DNA of 64,000 nucleotides, from contig CANRAR010000003.1 in NCBI GenBank assembly GCA_947628675.1, positions 11,114 through 75,113 on the forward strand, read 5' to 3'. The stretch comes from an uncultured Clostridia bacterium. GTDB taxonomy: Bacteria > Bacillota > Clostridia > Christensenellales > Borkfalkiaceae. The notes under the pieces are model-generated. The model was not told the DNA's origin. It saw nothing but the letters and a program-made list of their open reading frames with translations, and ran no database searches. A program made the position numbers and the translations under genes. Position 1 is the first letter of the stretch. Each line of letters opens with the position of its first letter. Of this stretch, positions 35,972-52,619 are shown in pieces.

Positions 35972-37846
35972 ATGGGTATTTTTAGTAAAAAGCACAGTAT
36001 CGGAAAAACGATTGCCGAGCTTCGCAAATCAAAAGGTTGGACGCAGGCGGAGCTTGCGGAAAAGTTGCAGGTCAGCGATAAAGCGGTCAGTAAATGGGAA
36101 AAGGATAACGGCGCGCCAAGCATTGAATTTTTCCCCGCGATTGCAGAACTTTTCGGTGTGAGTATCGATTACATCATGACGGGGAAAGAACCAGAAAGGG
36201 AAGTCATTACGATTTCCAAAGCCGAGCTTTGCGCCAAAAATGACGATCCAGCCATGCTCGACGGTATCGATATCAATCATAAAGACGAGCAAGGAAAGTC
36301 GCTTGTAGATTACATTCTGCAATATCAGAGTTTTAAGGTCTTTGTAAAACTCTGCGAATCCCAAAAGGGAAATATCGCCAAATTTCCAATTCTCGATGCA
36401 ATCAAGCTGTCGATTTTAACAAATCGTCTTGATTTACTTCGTGGCGAACAATTTGAGGTTGAGATAAGGCATTATCTGCGTTGGAAGTTTGAAACCGAGG
36501 AAGAACTTTTATCATTATTGCCCGAAGCCGAAGAATCAGGGTTTAATGATAGAGAATCCAAAACGCTATGTATTTTAACGGATGATATTTTTAAGACGAT
36601 TGTCTGTGACAAGAGAATCAGCGAAGATACGTTAAATAAAATATTAGGCAAACAACCTAATCGGCAATGCGTATGGTATCATACATTTCCATATTTGATA
36701 CATCAGAGTTATTTGAATAAAGAGGATAAAATGTTGCGCAGACTATTGACTCTCTCCGTTGAGAACAATCAATACGCCTATGATAACATGAAATTGGTGC
36801 GCAATAGATATGATGGCGGATTGAATTACACACCAAATTTCTTTTTTATGGCGGCGTATAACTACAAGGGGCATGGATTAGTTCGTATTTTGGAAGAAAC
36901 CATTAAGCTCGCGCTCGAAAGAGGCGATTTCGCGCTTTTTAAGGAGTTCGACGACATTAACAGAGCGATTCAAGCATATTACGATTTTAAGCCGTATATC
37001 GCTTCCGAGTACGAGATCCGCATGGCAAAATTAAAGGCGGACAAGTCTGTATCGCAAGATGAGTTGATAGTTCAATCAACCATTCACGACGGAATCATTA
37101 ATATTGACGAATTGCTTGCTACAAAAAATTTGCCGCTCATCAAGAAAGCGCTCTCAACCTACGATATTCATCCAATCGAGCCGCTTTGCCGAATCTTCCA
37201 AAATAAGCAATGGCGAGCGCTATTTGAATATGCCGTAGATAGCAAAAACGATAGTCTTGCAAGGGCTGTTATGAAGAATGACGAAAAAGGGATGGAGAAA
37301 GAGATCGCCGCTTTGTTTTTACGAACTGTCACGAGGAGCGGATATCCGAGTGTCAACAACAAACAATTCGTTGTCAGAAAAGCGAATAGGTTCAAAACGA
37401 ACGAGGACTATCATGCGAGCGATAATTTGAAGGTAGAGTCAATTGTGGAATATCTCAATTTTTATCGTCAGCAAATTATTTTTGATTATTCTTTCGAAGA
37501 AGAAAAAATCAAAGCCGTCAACGAACTGACGAAAGAATATTTTGAATCCGAACTCAAAAAAGGCAACACGGAAATCGTCATCATCAAGCTGTGCGTTCGG
37601 TTGGAAGCAATCCTTCGTTCATCGTATCATTACGAAGGCGACTTTTCGGAAATGCTCGATAAGTATTGCTCGCAGCACGGACAAGAGGACGACGGATGGG
37701 GATATAATCGAGAAGCCAAATTTGTAAAATATCTTCAAAAACTTCGGATGTGCCGCAATAGTATCGTCCACGCCGAAAAGAAGAAAGATATGCTTACCCT
37801 TGAAGAAATTCAATATTGTATCGATTATATCTGCAATTTGAAATAA
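35972..37846 (+). CDS. HTH(XRE) / ankyrin-like / helical protein with a C-terminal HEPN-like Rx4H motif (624 aa)
   Basis: Start at ATG 35972 with a CAGGAGGA RBS. N-terminus GKTIAELRKSKGWTQAELAEKLQVSDKAVSKWEKDNG is an HTH_3 sequence. DINHKDEQGKSLVDYILQY is ankyrin-like. C-terminus LQKLRMCRNSIVHAEKK has R-N-S-I-V-H at nt 37754-37771. AT-rich codon usage unlike the neighbouring genes. Confidence 0.7.
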   Translation: MGIFSKKHSIGKTIAELRKSKGWTQAELAEKLQVSDKAVSKWEKDNGAPSIEFFPAIAELFGVSIDYIMTGKEPEREVITISKAELCAKNDDPAMLDGIDINHKDEQGKSLVDYILQYQSFKVFVKLCESQKGNIAKFPILDAIKLSILTNRLDLLRGEQFEVEIRHYLRWKFETEEELLSLLPEAEESGFNDRESKTLCILTDDIFKTIVCDKRISEDTLNKILGKQPNRQCVWYHTFPYLIHQSYLNKEDKMLRRLLTLSVENNQYAYDNMKLVRNRYDGGLNYTPNFFFMAAYNYKGHGLVRILEETIKLALERGDFALFKEFDDINRAIQAYYDFKPYIASEYEIRMAKLKADKSVSQDELIVQSTIHDGIINIDELLATKNLPLIKKALSTYDIHPIEPLCRIFQNKQWRALFEYAVDSKNDSLARAVMKNDEKGMEKEIAALFLRTVTRSGYPSVNNKQFVVRKANRFKTNEDYHASDNLKVESIVEYLNFYRQQIIFDYSFEEEKIKAVNELTKEYFESELKKGNTEIVIIKLCVRLEAILRSSYHYEGDFSEMLDKYCSQHGQEDDGWGYNREAKFVKYLQKLRMCRNSIVHAEKKKDMLTLEEIQYCIDYICNLK

Positions 37847-37857
37847 GGAGAAAAACC

Positions 37858-38616
37858 ATGAATAAATATCAAGAATATCTCTTAAAGGGGATTTTATCAT
37901 CCAATTTTCTTTTTTATCGGTGCTGTCTCATTGGGGAATTCAGTAATGCTAAAAAATTTTATGGCAAATTTGACAAAGATAACGATACTTTCACAATTAC
38001 GCAAGATGATGACATTAACCTTGTGGAATATAGTTTAATTATATGGAAAAAAATCGATTTTATTGAAAATGTTTATATCTGGAAAAACAAGCAGTGGGAA
38101 AAAGTAGCAAATACAGAAATAGAACTTACAAATTCTACGGGCAAAGAGAGTTTTCCCTGTTACCGCATCGACGTTGATTTTCGCAATAGGATAGATAAAC
38201 TTCGCTTTACTTTCAAAGGGGGGTTGGCAGATGATTACATTCTGAAATTGCAATATGTCGAAGCCGATAAAGAAGCATACTATGCGGAACAGGCAAAAAC
38301 AGCCCGTGAAAATCTTATTAAGGCTGCGGCAATCAAGCATTCAACGGGAAATGATTTGGTTAACATCTATTTTCAACCGTGTTGCGACGAATACGAACGG
38401 GCGGAAATTTCTTTATACCATGACGGTCAAATGCTTGCGAAATACAAAGTTGAAGACGGCGCGTATTTCAAATCGATCGGCGGTCTTGCTTATGGAGCCT
38501 ATGAATATATTGTAAAACAATTTGGCAAAAATGATAAATTGCTTTTAGAAACCGAGAAAATCAAATTTTCTATCAGTCGCCCGAATTATGGCGGGGAGCA
38601 CATAGTTGTCATTTAG
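37858..38616 (+). CDS. Hypothetical protein (252 aa), operon partner of the HTH-HEPN-like gene
   Basis: ATG 37858 lies 11 nt after the upstream stop, with an AAGGAG RBS. I recognise no motif. AT-rich like its partner. Confidence 0.65.
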   Translation: MNKYQEYLLKGILSSNFLFYRCCLIGEFSNAKKFYGKFDKDNDTFTITQDDDINLVEYSLIIWKKIDFIENVYIWKNKQWEKVANTEIELTNSTGKESFPCYRIDVDFRNRIDKLRFTFKGGLADDYILKLQYVEADKEAYYAEQAKTARENLIKAAAIKHSTGNDLVNIYFQPCCDEYERAEISLYHDGQMLAKYKVEDGAYFKSIGGLAYGAYEYIVKQFGKNDKLLLETEKIKFSISRPNYGGEHIVVI

Positions 38617-38674
38617 TCTATGTGACAGGTGCTATTCCTCATATAGAGCATGATTGTGTGAGGAGGTGATGTTC

Positions 38675-38734
38675 ATGAAAGCCATTTTTAAGGCTTTGAT
38701 GCGACGATATAAGGAGTGCGTCAAGCATGAATGA
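38675..38734 (+). CDS. Possible 19-aa cationic peptide sORF (MKAIFKALMRRYKECVKHE)
   Basis: AGGAGG RBS 8 nt upstream of ATG 38675, at the right edge of the AT-rich island. No other support. Confidence 0.2.
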   Translation: MKAIFKALMRRYKECVKHE

Positions 38735-38784
38735 GTTTGGCTCCCGAGCGGCACCGCGGTTCACCTCCTCTTGCAGTAATGCAA

Positions 38785-38812
38785 CAAAAAAGGCGGCTTT
38801 TGCCGCCTTTTT
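38785..38812. terminator. Bidirectional terminator (A-run, AGGCGGC-TTTT-GCCGCCT, T-run)
   Basis: Read directly. Lies between the island and the convergent radA. Confidence 0.65.
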
Positions 38813-38825
38813 GCGTGGAAAATTT

Positions 38826-40175
38826 TTATTGAAACAGCGCCTTGATCATTTGGGAGACGTAGGTGACGGGGACGAGGGTGATTTTGTCGCGGAATTTTTC
38901 GCAGGCCTTCATGTTCTTGGCGGGGAGGATGACGCGCTGAAAGCCCATTTTCAGGCACTCGTTGACGCGGCGCTCGGCAAAATTCACGCCGCGGACTTCG
39001 CCCGTCAAGCCCACTTCACCGAACACTGCGGTGAATTTCTCCACGGGGATCATCTTTTCCGCCGAGGCGAGCGCGGCGCAGACGGCAAGGTCGGCGCTCG
39101 GCTCGTTCAAGCGGATGCCGCCCATGGCGTTCAGGTAAATATCCTGCATTCCGAGCGGCAAGCCGCACCGCTTTTCGAGCACGGCGACGAGCACGATGAG
39201 GCGATTCAAATCTACGCCCAAGGACATTCTGCGGGGAAGGCCGTAGTTGGTCTTTGCCATGAGCGTCTGGATCTCCACCATCATGCAGCGGTTGCCCGTC
39301 TCGCTCGGCGTGACGACGGCGCCCGCCGCGACGCCGCGGCTGTCCGATAAAAAGAGGGAGGCGTAATCGGTGAGCCCGTAGATGCCCTCGCCCGTCATCT
39401 CGAATACGCCCACCTCCTGCACCGAGCCGAAGCGGTTTTTGACGGCGCGCAGAATTTTGAAGTTCTCCGTGCGCTCGCCCTCGAAGTAGAGAACGGCGTC
39501 CATGATGTGCTCCAAAACTTTGGGGCCCGCGAGGGTGCCCTCCTTCGTCACGTGCCCGATGATGAAGAACGTGACGCCGCGGCTCTTTGCGATGCGCATG
39601 AGTTTTGCGGCGCACTCGCGGACTTGTCCCACCGAGCCCGCCGCCGAGGTGAGCGTCTCGGTGTAGACGGCTTGAATTGAGTCGATGACGACGTACTCCG
39701 CGTCGTAAAAGTGCTCCTCGGCGTTCTCGATGCACGTCTCGTTGAGAAGCAGCAAATTTTCCGAGTTGAGCCCGAGGCGCTCGCAGCGGAGTTTTACTTG
39801 CGAGCAACTCTCTTCCGCCGAGAGATAGAGAACTTTGTGCTCCTTCGCAAGGTGCGCCGCGACCTCGGTGAGGAGGGTGGATTTGCCGACGCCGGGGTCG
39901 CCGCCGACAAGCACCAGCGAGCCGCGGACGATGCCGCCGCCGAGGACGACGTCGAGTTCGCCAATGCCCGAGGAGACGCGCTCGTACTTTTCGAACTTCA
40001 CCTGCGAGAGGGGAAGGGGCTTGGCGGCATACGCGGGGCGCGCCGATTTTTTGGCGGGTTCGGGGGCGATCGCCTCCTCCGCGAGCGTGTTGAATTTTCC
40101 GCAGTCCGGGCAACGCCCCAGCCACTTGGGACTCGTGTATCCGCATTCGGCGCAGACAAATTGTGTTTTCGGCAT
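38826..40175 (-). CDS. radA: DNA repair protein RadA
   Basis: N-terminal zinc ribbon CAECGYTSPKWLGRCPDCG, Walker A GGDPGVGKST, KNRFG motif and a Lon-like C-terminal domain. Confidence 0.95.
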   Translation of the reverse strand: MPKTQFVCAECGYTSPKWLGRCPDCGKFNTLAEEAIAPEPAKKSARPAYAAKPLPLSQVKFEKYERVSSGIGELDVVLGGGIVRGSLVLVGGDPGVGKSTLLTEVAAHLAKEHKVLYLSAEESCSQVKLRCERLGLNSENLLLLNETCIENAEEHFYDAEYVVIDSIQAVYTETLTSAAGSVGQVRECAAKLMRIAKSRGVTFFIIGHVTKEGTLAGPKVLEHIMDAVLYFEGERTENFKILRAVKNRFGSVQEVGVFEMTGEGIYGLTDYASLFLSDSRGVAAGAVVTPSETGNRCMMVEIQTLMAKTNYGLPRRMSLGVDLNRLIVLVAVLEKRCGLPLGMQDIYLNAMGGIRLNEPSADLAVCAALASAEKMIPVEKFTAVFGEVGLTGEVRGVNFAERRVNECLKMGFQRVILPAKNMKACEKFRDKITLVPVTYVSQMIKALFQ

Positions 40176-40207
40176 ATCGTTCTCCTAATATGATTTTTTA
40201 TCTTTTT

Positions 40208-40272
40208 CTTTCCCCCGCCCGCGCGCGCTGTTCCCCCCTACGGGGGGAACAGCGCGCGCGGGCGGGGGAAAG
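40208..40272. repeat. 65-nt perfect GC palindrome centred on CCCCCCTACGGGGGG (probable ispDF terminator)
   Basis: CTTTCCCCCGCCCGCGCGCGCTGTTCCCCCC-TAC-GGGGGGAACAGCGCGCGCGGGCGGGGGAAAG. A sibling palindrome is at 57225-57291. Confidence 0.8.
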
Positions 40273-40384
40273 AAATTTTTTCTCCGCGCCGCCGGATTTC
40301 TTTTTCCGTTTGGCATTTGTTCCGCCTTTTTGCAAGGGGATGGGGTGTGGTCGGACTTCATTTGAGGAAAGATACTCTCGGCTT

Positions 40385-41542
40385 CTACGTAGCCTTGGTA
40401 TGAGGGGCGGATAAGGGTTTACCGAGCAGGACGGTTGCGTAGGCGGTGATGCCGCGGCCTTCGCCGATGTAGCCGAGTTTTTCGTTGGTGCCCGCGGCGA
40501 CGGCGACCGCGTCGCAGTGGAGGGCGCGGCGCAGGTTTTCGCGCATCTTTTCGATATAGGGCGAGAGGCGGGGGAGTTCGCATAGAATGGAGATGCTCGC
40601 GTTCTTCACGCAAAATCCGCGCGCCTCCACCGTCTGCATGACGCGGGCGAGCAGTTCCATGCTGTCCGCGTCTTTGTAGGCAGGGTCGGTATCGGGGAAG
40701 TGGAAGCCGATGTCCCGCTCGCCGATGGCGGAAAGCAGCGCATCCATGAGGGCGTGGACGGGAACGTCGCCGTCGCTGTGCGCCTCCAACGCGCGGTTGG
40801 ACGGAATGACGACGCCGCACAGGGTGATGTAGTTCAGATTGAGACGGGCGATGCCGCGGTCGATCTCATCCTGATGCGCGAAGGCGTGGGTATCGACGCC
40901 GAAGCCGACGCGCTCCGCGGGCGAAAAATCGGCAATATATGTGAGTTTTTTGTTGGCGTGGTCGCCGAGGAAGAGGTGAGGCGGCTCCGCGTAGCGGGCA
41001 TAGATCCCGCTGTCGTCGGTGAACGTTTCGCCGCTCTCCATCGCCCTTTCGTAGGCGGCGAGAAGGGGCGCTGTGCGGAAGCCCTGCGGGGTCTGGACGG
41101 TGAAGACGCTTTCACGTTTGGGCGTTTGGTAGCCGCCCTCCGCGAGCACGACGGTGTCCGTCGCGGGCAGGGCGCAGACGCCGCTGCCGTAGGCCTCCAC
41201 GCTTGCGATGCAGTCCTCGATGACTTTGGGCGTGACGAAGGGGCGCGCCGCGTCGTGGATGAGCACGACGTCGCCATGGGTCTCCTTCAAGCAGGCAAAG
41301 ACGCTGTCCGTCCGCGTTTCGCCTCCGCGGACGGTGCGCGCCTGCGGGTGGGGAGCAAGCAGGGGGAGGATGCGGGGCTCATCCTCCTCGCGGCAGGCGA
41401 CGAGCAGTTCGTCCGCATACGGCGCGAACGCCGAGAGGGTGTGCGCGAGGACGGGCATTCCGTTTAGATCGTGCAGGATTTTGTTTTCGGGCAGGTGCGC
41501 CCGTGTGCCGCTTCCCGCGGCGCAGAGAATGACGGTGAGCAT
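40385..41542 (-). CDS. ispDF: Bifunctional IspD/IspF (MEP cytidylyltransferase / MEcPP synthase)
   Basis: N-terminus VILCAAGSGTR (IspD P-loop). C-terminal half has GFGVDTHAF...HSDGDV (IspF). Start at ATG 41542. The upstream part of the track ORF is repeat element C. Confidence 0.93.
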   Translation of the reverse strand: MLTVILCAAGSGTRAHLPENKILHDLNGMPVLAHTLSAFAPYADELLVACREEDEPRILPLLAPHPQARTVRGGETRTDSVFACLKETHGDVVLIHDAARPFVTPKVIEDCIASVEAYGSGVCALPATDTVVLAEGGYQTPKRESVFTVQTPQGFRTAPLLAAYERAMESGETFTDDSGIYARYAEPPHLFLGDHANKKLTYIADFSPAERVGFGVDTHAFAHQDEIDRGIARLNLNYITLCGVVIPSNRALEAHSDGDVPVHALMDALLSAIGERDIGFHFPDTDPAYKDADSMELLARVMQTVEARGFCVKNASISILCELPRLSPYIEKMRENLRRALHCDAVAVAAGTNEKLGYIGEGRGITAYATVLLGKPLSAPHTKAT

Positions 41543-41600
41543 AGAGGGTTCCTTTTTTATGGTGTTGGTTTGTGGGGCAAGGGAAAATGCACTACCTCGG

Positions 41601-41717
41601 CGCGAGCCGTAGGCGAAGTACGGTGGGGCGACGATTTCTGCCGACGCAAGCGAAAGTGGCAAAAACTGACAATCATGTATCAATTCTACTGTGAGTAGAT
41701 ACAGATCGGGACGCATC
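41601..41717 (+). repeat. Structured element, copy C (only the terminal ~115 nt)
   Basis: GAGCCGTAGGCGAAGTACGG...CTGCCGACGCAAGCG...AATTCTACTGTGAGTAGATACAGATCGGGACGCATC matches the right end of copy A. Confidence 0.75.
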
Positions 41718-42019
41718 GGTAAAGAGAAAGAAAATTTTTACTTTTATTTTTAATTCACACTTTTTAATCATTTTTTATATTTTATATTTTCTTTCTTCTT
41801 TTTTCATTTTTCTTTACTTTTTTATTTTTTTCTTGGCTTCTTTCTTTTATTGACTACGATGCCGATGCCGGTACCCACGTCGGAATACGGGTCTATCCGC
41901 ACTTCACGTGGGGCACCCGTTTCTTTGCCGTTTTCATTCACATCGGAGTGTCCCGTCCGTTTTTCCACGAAAGTGCCGACAAGAGGGGCGCCTCGCGTTT
42001 CCGCTCCATGGGTGGGCGG

Positions 42020-42262
42020 TCAGAGGATGATCTCGTAGAGAGAGGCGGCTTCGTCCTTTTTCACCGTCTCTTTGAGTTCGAGGACGCGGAATTTGAGGAC
42101 GCCCGCGGCAAACGAGACCTCGACGACGTCGCCGATTTTGAGGCGGTAGGACGGCTTGACTTCCCGCCCGTTGACGGAAATTTTGCCCGCGTTCGCCGCC
42201 TCCTGTGCGACGGTGCGGCGCTTTAAGATGCGGGACACTTTGAGAAATTTATCGATACGCAT
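42020..42262 (-). CDS. rqcP: S4-domain RNA-binding protein, RqcP/YabO-like
   Basis: MRIDKFLKVSRILKRRTVAQEAANAGKISVNG...ELKETVKKDEAASLYEI closely parallels B. subtilis YabO as I recall it. Start at ATG 42262. Confidence 0.8.
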   Translation of the reverse strand: MRIDKFLKVSRILKRRTVAQEAANAGKISVNGREVKPSYRLKIGDVVEVSFAAGVLKFRVLELKETVKKDEAASLYEIIL

Positions 42263-43473
42263 AGTTCTCCTTGGGGGTAGATGGGCAACCCCCACCTGTC
42301 GCGGCAAAGCCGCGCCACCCGCCCCCTTCAAAGGGGGCAGGTCGTTGTTCCACCCCCCTCCCGAGAGGGGGCGAGACGGACTTCGTTGGTCGGGATTCTT
42401 CGCTACGCTCAGAATGACGCGGTAAGCAAGCGAGGGGCGGAATGCGCGGTAACCGAGCGCGGGGCGGATGACGCGGGGGGGGGAGATAGAGCAGAAAGAT
42501 ACGCTCACCGCCAGAGGCGGCTCGGTATGAGGGACGGGGCAGGGGCGGAAATGAGGGGGAAAATCAACTTTTTTTGTCGATTTTGCGAAAAAGTTTTTTT
42601 CCGTGCGCAAAACCGTTTGACATCTTGTGCGCCCTTTGCTATAATTCCATACTGTATCACTATGTAAAATGCATATTTATGCGTTCTCGCGGGAAAGCCT
42701 TTCCTTATTTATATGGAGACCCGCCCGCTGTTACACCTCTATTATAGCGTAATTTTGCCGTGAAGTAAAGGGTAGGTGACAGGTTTTTTTCGGGGAAAGA
42801 CGGAAAATTTTTCGCGGGTGTGATATGAGGGGACGGACTTCGTTTTTCGGGATTCTTCCGTCGCTGTGCTCTCTACTTCGCGCTACGCGCTCCGTGCCGC
42901 GCTTAGTAGATACAGGGTTCCCAAAAAAGATTTGCGTAGCAAAGGTTTTTGGGGAAGAGGAGGCGCGGGCGTGAAAGCAAAGCGTTTGCCGCAGGCGGAC
43001 GCTTGCGAAGTTCGCCCTGCGCCGACGAGCGCGCGGGGCAGAATGACGCGTAAAACAGGCGCGGGGCGAGGGAAAATATAACCCCCACCACCGCCTACGG
43101 CGGAGCCGCCCCCTTGCAAAGGGGGCAGCCATGGGCAGGCGGGGCGAGACGGACTTCGTTTTTCGGGATTCTTCGGTCGCTGTGCTCCCTCAGAATGACG
43201 CGGTAAGCGCGCGTCGAGCGAAAGACGCGGCGACCCGAGCGCGGGGCAGAATGACGCGGAAGGTTAAGGGGATGCCCCTCCCCCTGTGTCCCCCATTGCG
43301 GAGAAAGGCTCCGCATATCATAGGTCGCCTTTCCCGAAAGCCATAAGGAAGGCTCCCCAAAGGGGAAGGGGATGAGAACAAGGTGGCAGATCAATTTCGG
43401 ACATTTCGATTTTTATCGATGAAAAGATATACTCGGTAAATCGCCAAATGATAACATCATTATAAGGAGTTAT
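42263..43473. repeat. 1.2-kb non-coding mosaic of dispersed repeats upstream of rpoB
   Basis: R3 at 42370-42475, 42831-42880 and 43141-43258. R1 at 42496-42533. P12-like repeat at 42915-43030. R2 at 43309-43360. CCCCCTT(C/G)CAAAGGGGGCAG hairpins at ~42323 and ~43110. Only short repeat-derived ORFs. Confidence 0.8.
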
Positions 43474-43479
43474 TTGCGG

Positions 43480-47538
<4,059 letters not shown>

Positions 47539-47556
47539 TGGGGAGGAAGTGAGAAT

Positions 47557-51324
<3,768 letters not shown>

Positions 51325-51403
51325 CCGTACCAACGTGGGGGCGCCGCCGATGCGGCGCTCCCTAACTACATCGCGCGCTTTTGGCGCGTCGGGAGGAAAA
51401 ATT

Positions 51404-52456
51404 ATGAAAAAATTTTGTGTGATGTGTGCCGCAGTCGCGGCAGTCACGGCGGTCGCGGCGCTCTCGCTTGCGGGGTGCGGCGGCAAGAAGACCGATCCGC
51501 AGGAACTCGGCACGGAGACGGGCACGTACCGCGGTCTCTCGCGCGCGGAATCGGTGTACGGGCTTGCGGCGGTCACCACGGCAAAACTGCTCGAAGAGTC
51601 GTCCGCGGGCGGCGCGCAGAGCGTGGCGTTTACCGATGCGAGCGGCTCGCCGGACGCAGTCGATAAGGCAAAGGGGCAGGCGGAGGACTTCAACAAATAT
51701 TTTGCGATGCTCGACGGCTTCCTCGATGCGGACGCGACGACCACCGTCGTGGAGAACAACGCCTCGGAGGACGCGGCGCTGAAAGATTACACCTACAAAC
51801 TCACCGTCACGGGCAAGGACGCCGCGGGCGGGGACGTCTCGCACACCGTGTACTACTCCGAGACCGAGGGCGACACCAAACAGACGAGCAGACAGGACGA
51901 CGACGAGACCGTAACGATCTCCTCCACGGTGTACACCCTCGAAGGCGTCGTGGATATGGGCGGCGGCGTGTTCTACCATATGCAGGGCACACGCACGGAG
52001 ACGGAGACCACCGAGACCGAGGGCAGAGAGACGGAGACCAAGCGCATAAGTTCGCTCTCCATGCAGGCCTCTTTGGCGGCGGGGGACACGAGCGACTATG
52101 TGCTGCTCACCCACACGCAGACCTCGGAGGAGGAGACGGGCGAGGCGGAGACGGAGGCCATTTATAAATACACCGTATACGAGAACGGCGCGCCCGTGCA
52201 ATCGACGCAGGTGAGTTTCGAGACGGAGACCGAGCACGGCGAAGAGGAGACGGAGTACACCGTGGAGTTCCTGTCGGGCGCATCGCGCGGCAAGTATATC
52301 GTCGAGCGCGAGACGGAGAACGGCAAGACGGAGATCGCCGTTTCCTACGCGATCGACGGCGCGACGGGTACGTTCGTCATCGTGAAGGACGCGGGCGGCG
52401 CCTACCGCTACAAGTTCTCTTCCAACCCCGATGACGACTTGCTCTTCGACGATTAA
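51404..52456 (+). CDS. Lipoprotein of unknown function, Thr/Glu-rich
   Basis: Lipobox LSLAGC after a signal peptide. TETETTETEGRETETK low-complexity segments. Start at ATG 51404 with a GGGAGG RBS. Confidence 0.6.
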   Translation: MKKFCVMCAAVAAVTAVAALSLAGCGGKKTDPQELGTETGTYRGLSRAESVYGLAAVTTAKLLEESSAGGAQSVAFTDASGSPDAVDKAKGQAEDFNKYFAMLDGFLDADATTTVVENNASEDAALKDYTYKLTVTGKDAAGGDVSHTVYYSETEGDTKQTSRQDDDETVTISSTVYTLEGVVDMGGGVFYHMQGTRTETETTETEGRETETKRISSLSMQASLAAGDTSDYVLLTHTQTSEEETGEAETEAIYKYTVYENGAPVQSTQVSFETETEHGEEETEYTVEFLSGASRGKYIVERETENGKTEIAVSYAIDGATGTFVIVKDAGGAYRYKFSSNPDDDLLFDD

Positions 52457-52476
52457 GATCCGACCCAATGCAGAAC

Positions 52477-52503
52477 GCCGCGCCTTCGGGCGCGGCTTTT
52501 TTT
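52477..52503 (+). terminator. Rho-independent terminator
   Basis: GCCGCGCC-TTCG-GGCGCGGC followed by TTTTTTT. Confidence 0.75.
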
Positions 52504-52546
52504 GCGCCGAAAAAGAAAATTTTCCGCGAAATTTTACAAAAAACCG

Positions 52547-52601
52547 TTGACAAACAGTCGGCACGGTGATAAAATAACGACTGTTATATAACGGTTGTTA
52601 T
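52547..52601 (+). promoter_or_regulatory. Promoter (TTGACA 52547, 17 nt, TAAAAT 52570) with two abutting 14-bp palindromic operators
   Basis: ATAAC-GACT-GTTAT (52574-52587) and ATAAC-GGTT-GTTAT (52588-52601), directly upstream of the TetR gene. Confidence 0.5.
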
Positions 52602-52619
52602 TTTTTTATGGAGGCAGAT

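Noticed and set aside
35796-38740. Prophage or integrative-element interpretation of the AT-rich island.
   Set aside because: There is no integrase, transposase, tRNA target or convincing flanking direct repeat. Only an 8-mer ATTGTGTG is shared at 35873 and 38653, which is likely chance. I therefore describe it only as a compositionally foreign two-gene island.
41851-42019. Possible small RNA between the S4-domain gene and the T-rich tract (stem CCCACGT...ACGTGGG).
   Set aside because: I see only one or two short helices, no conserved motif I recognise, and no promoter or terminator.
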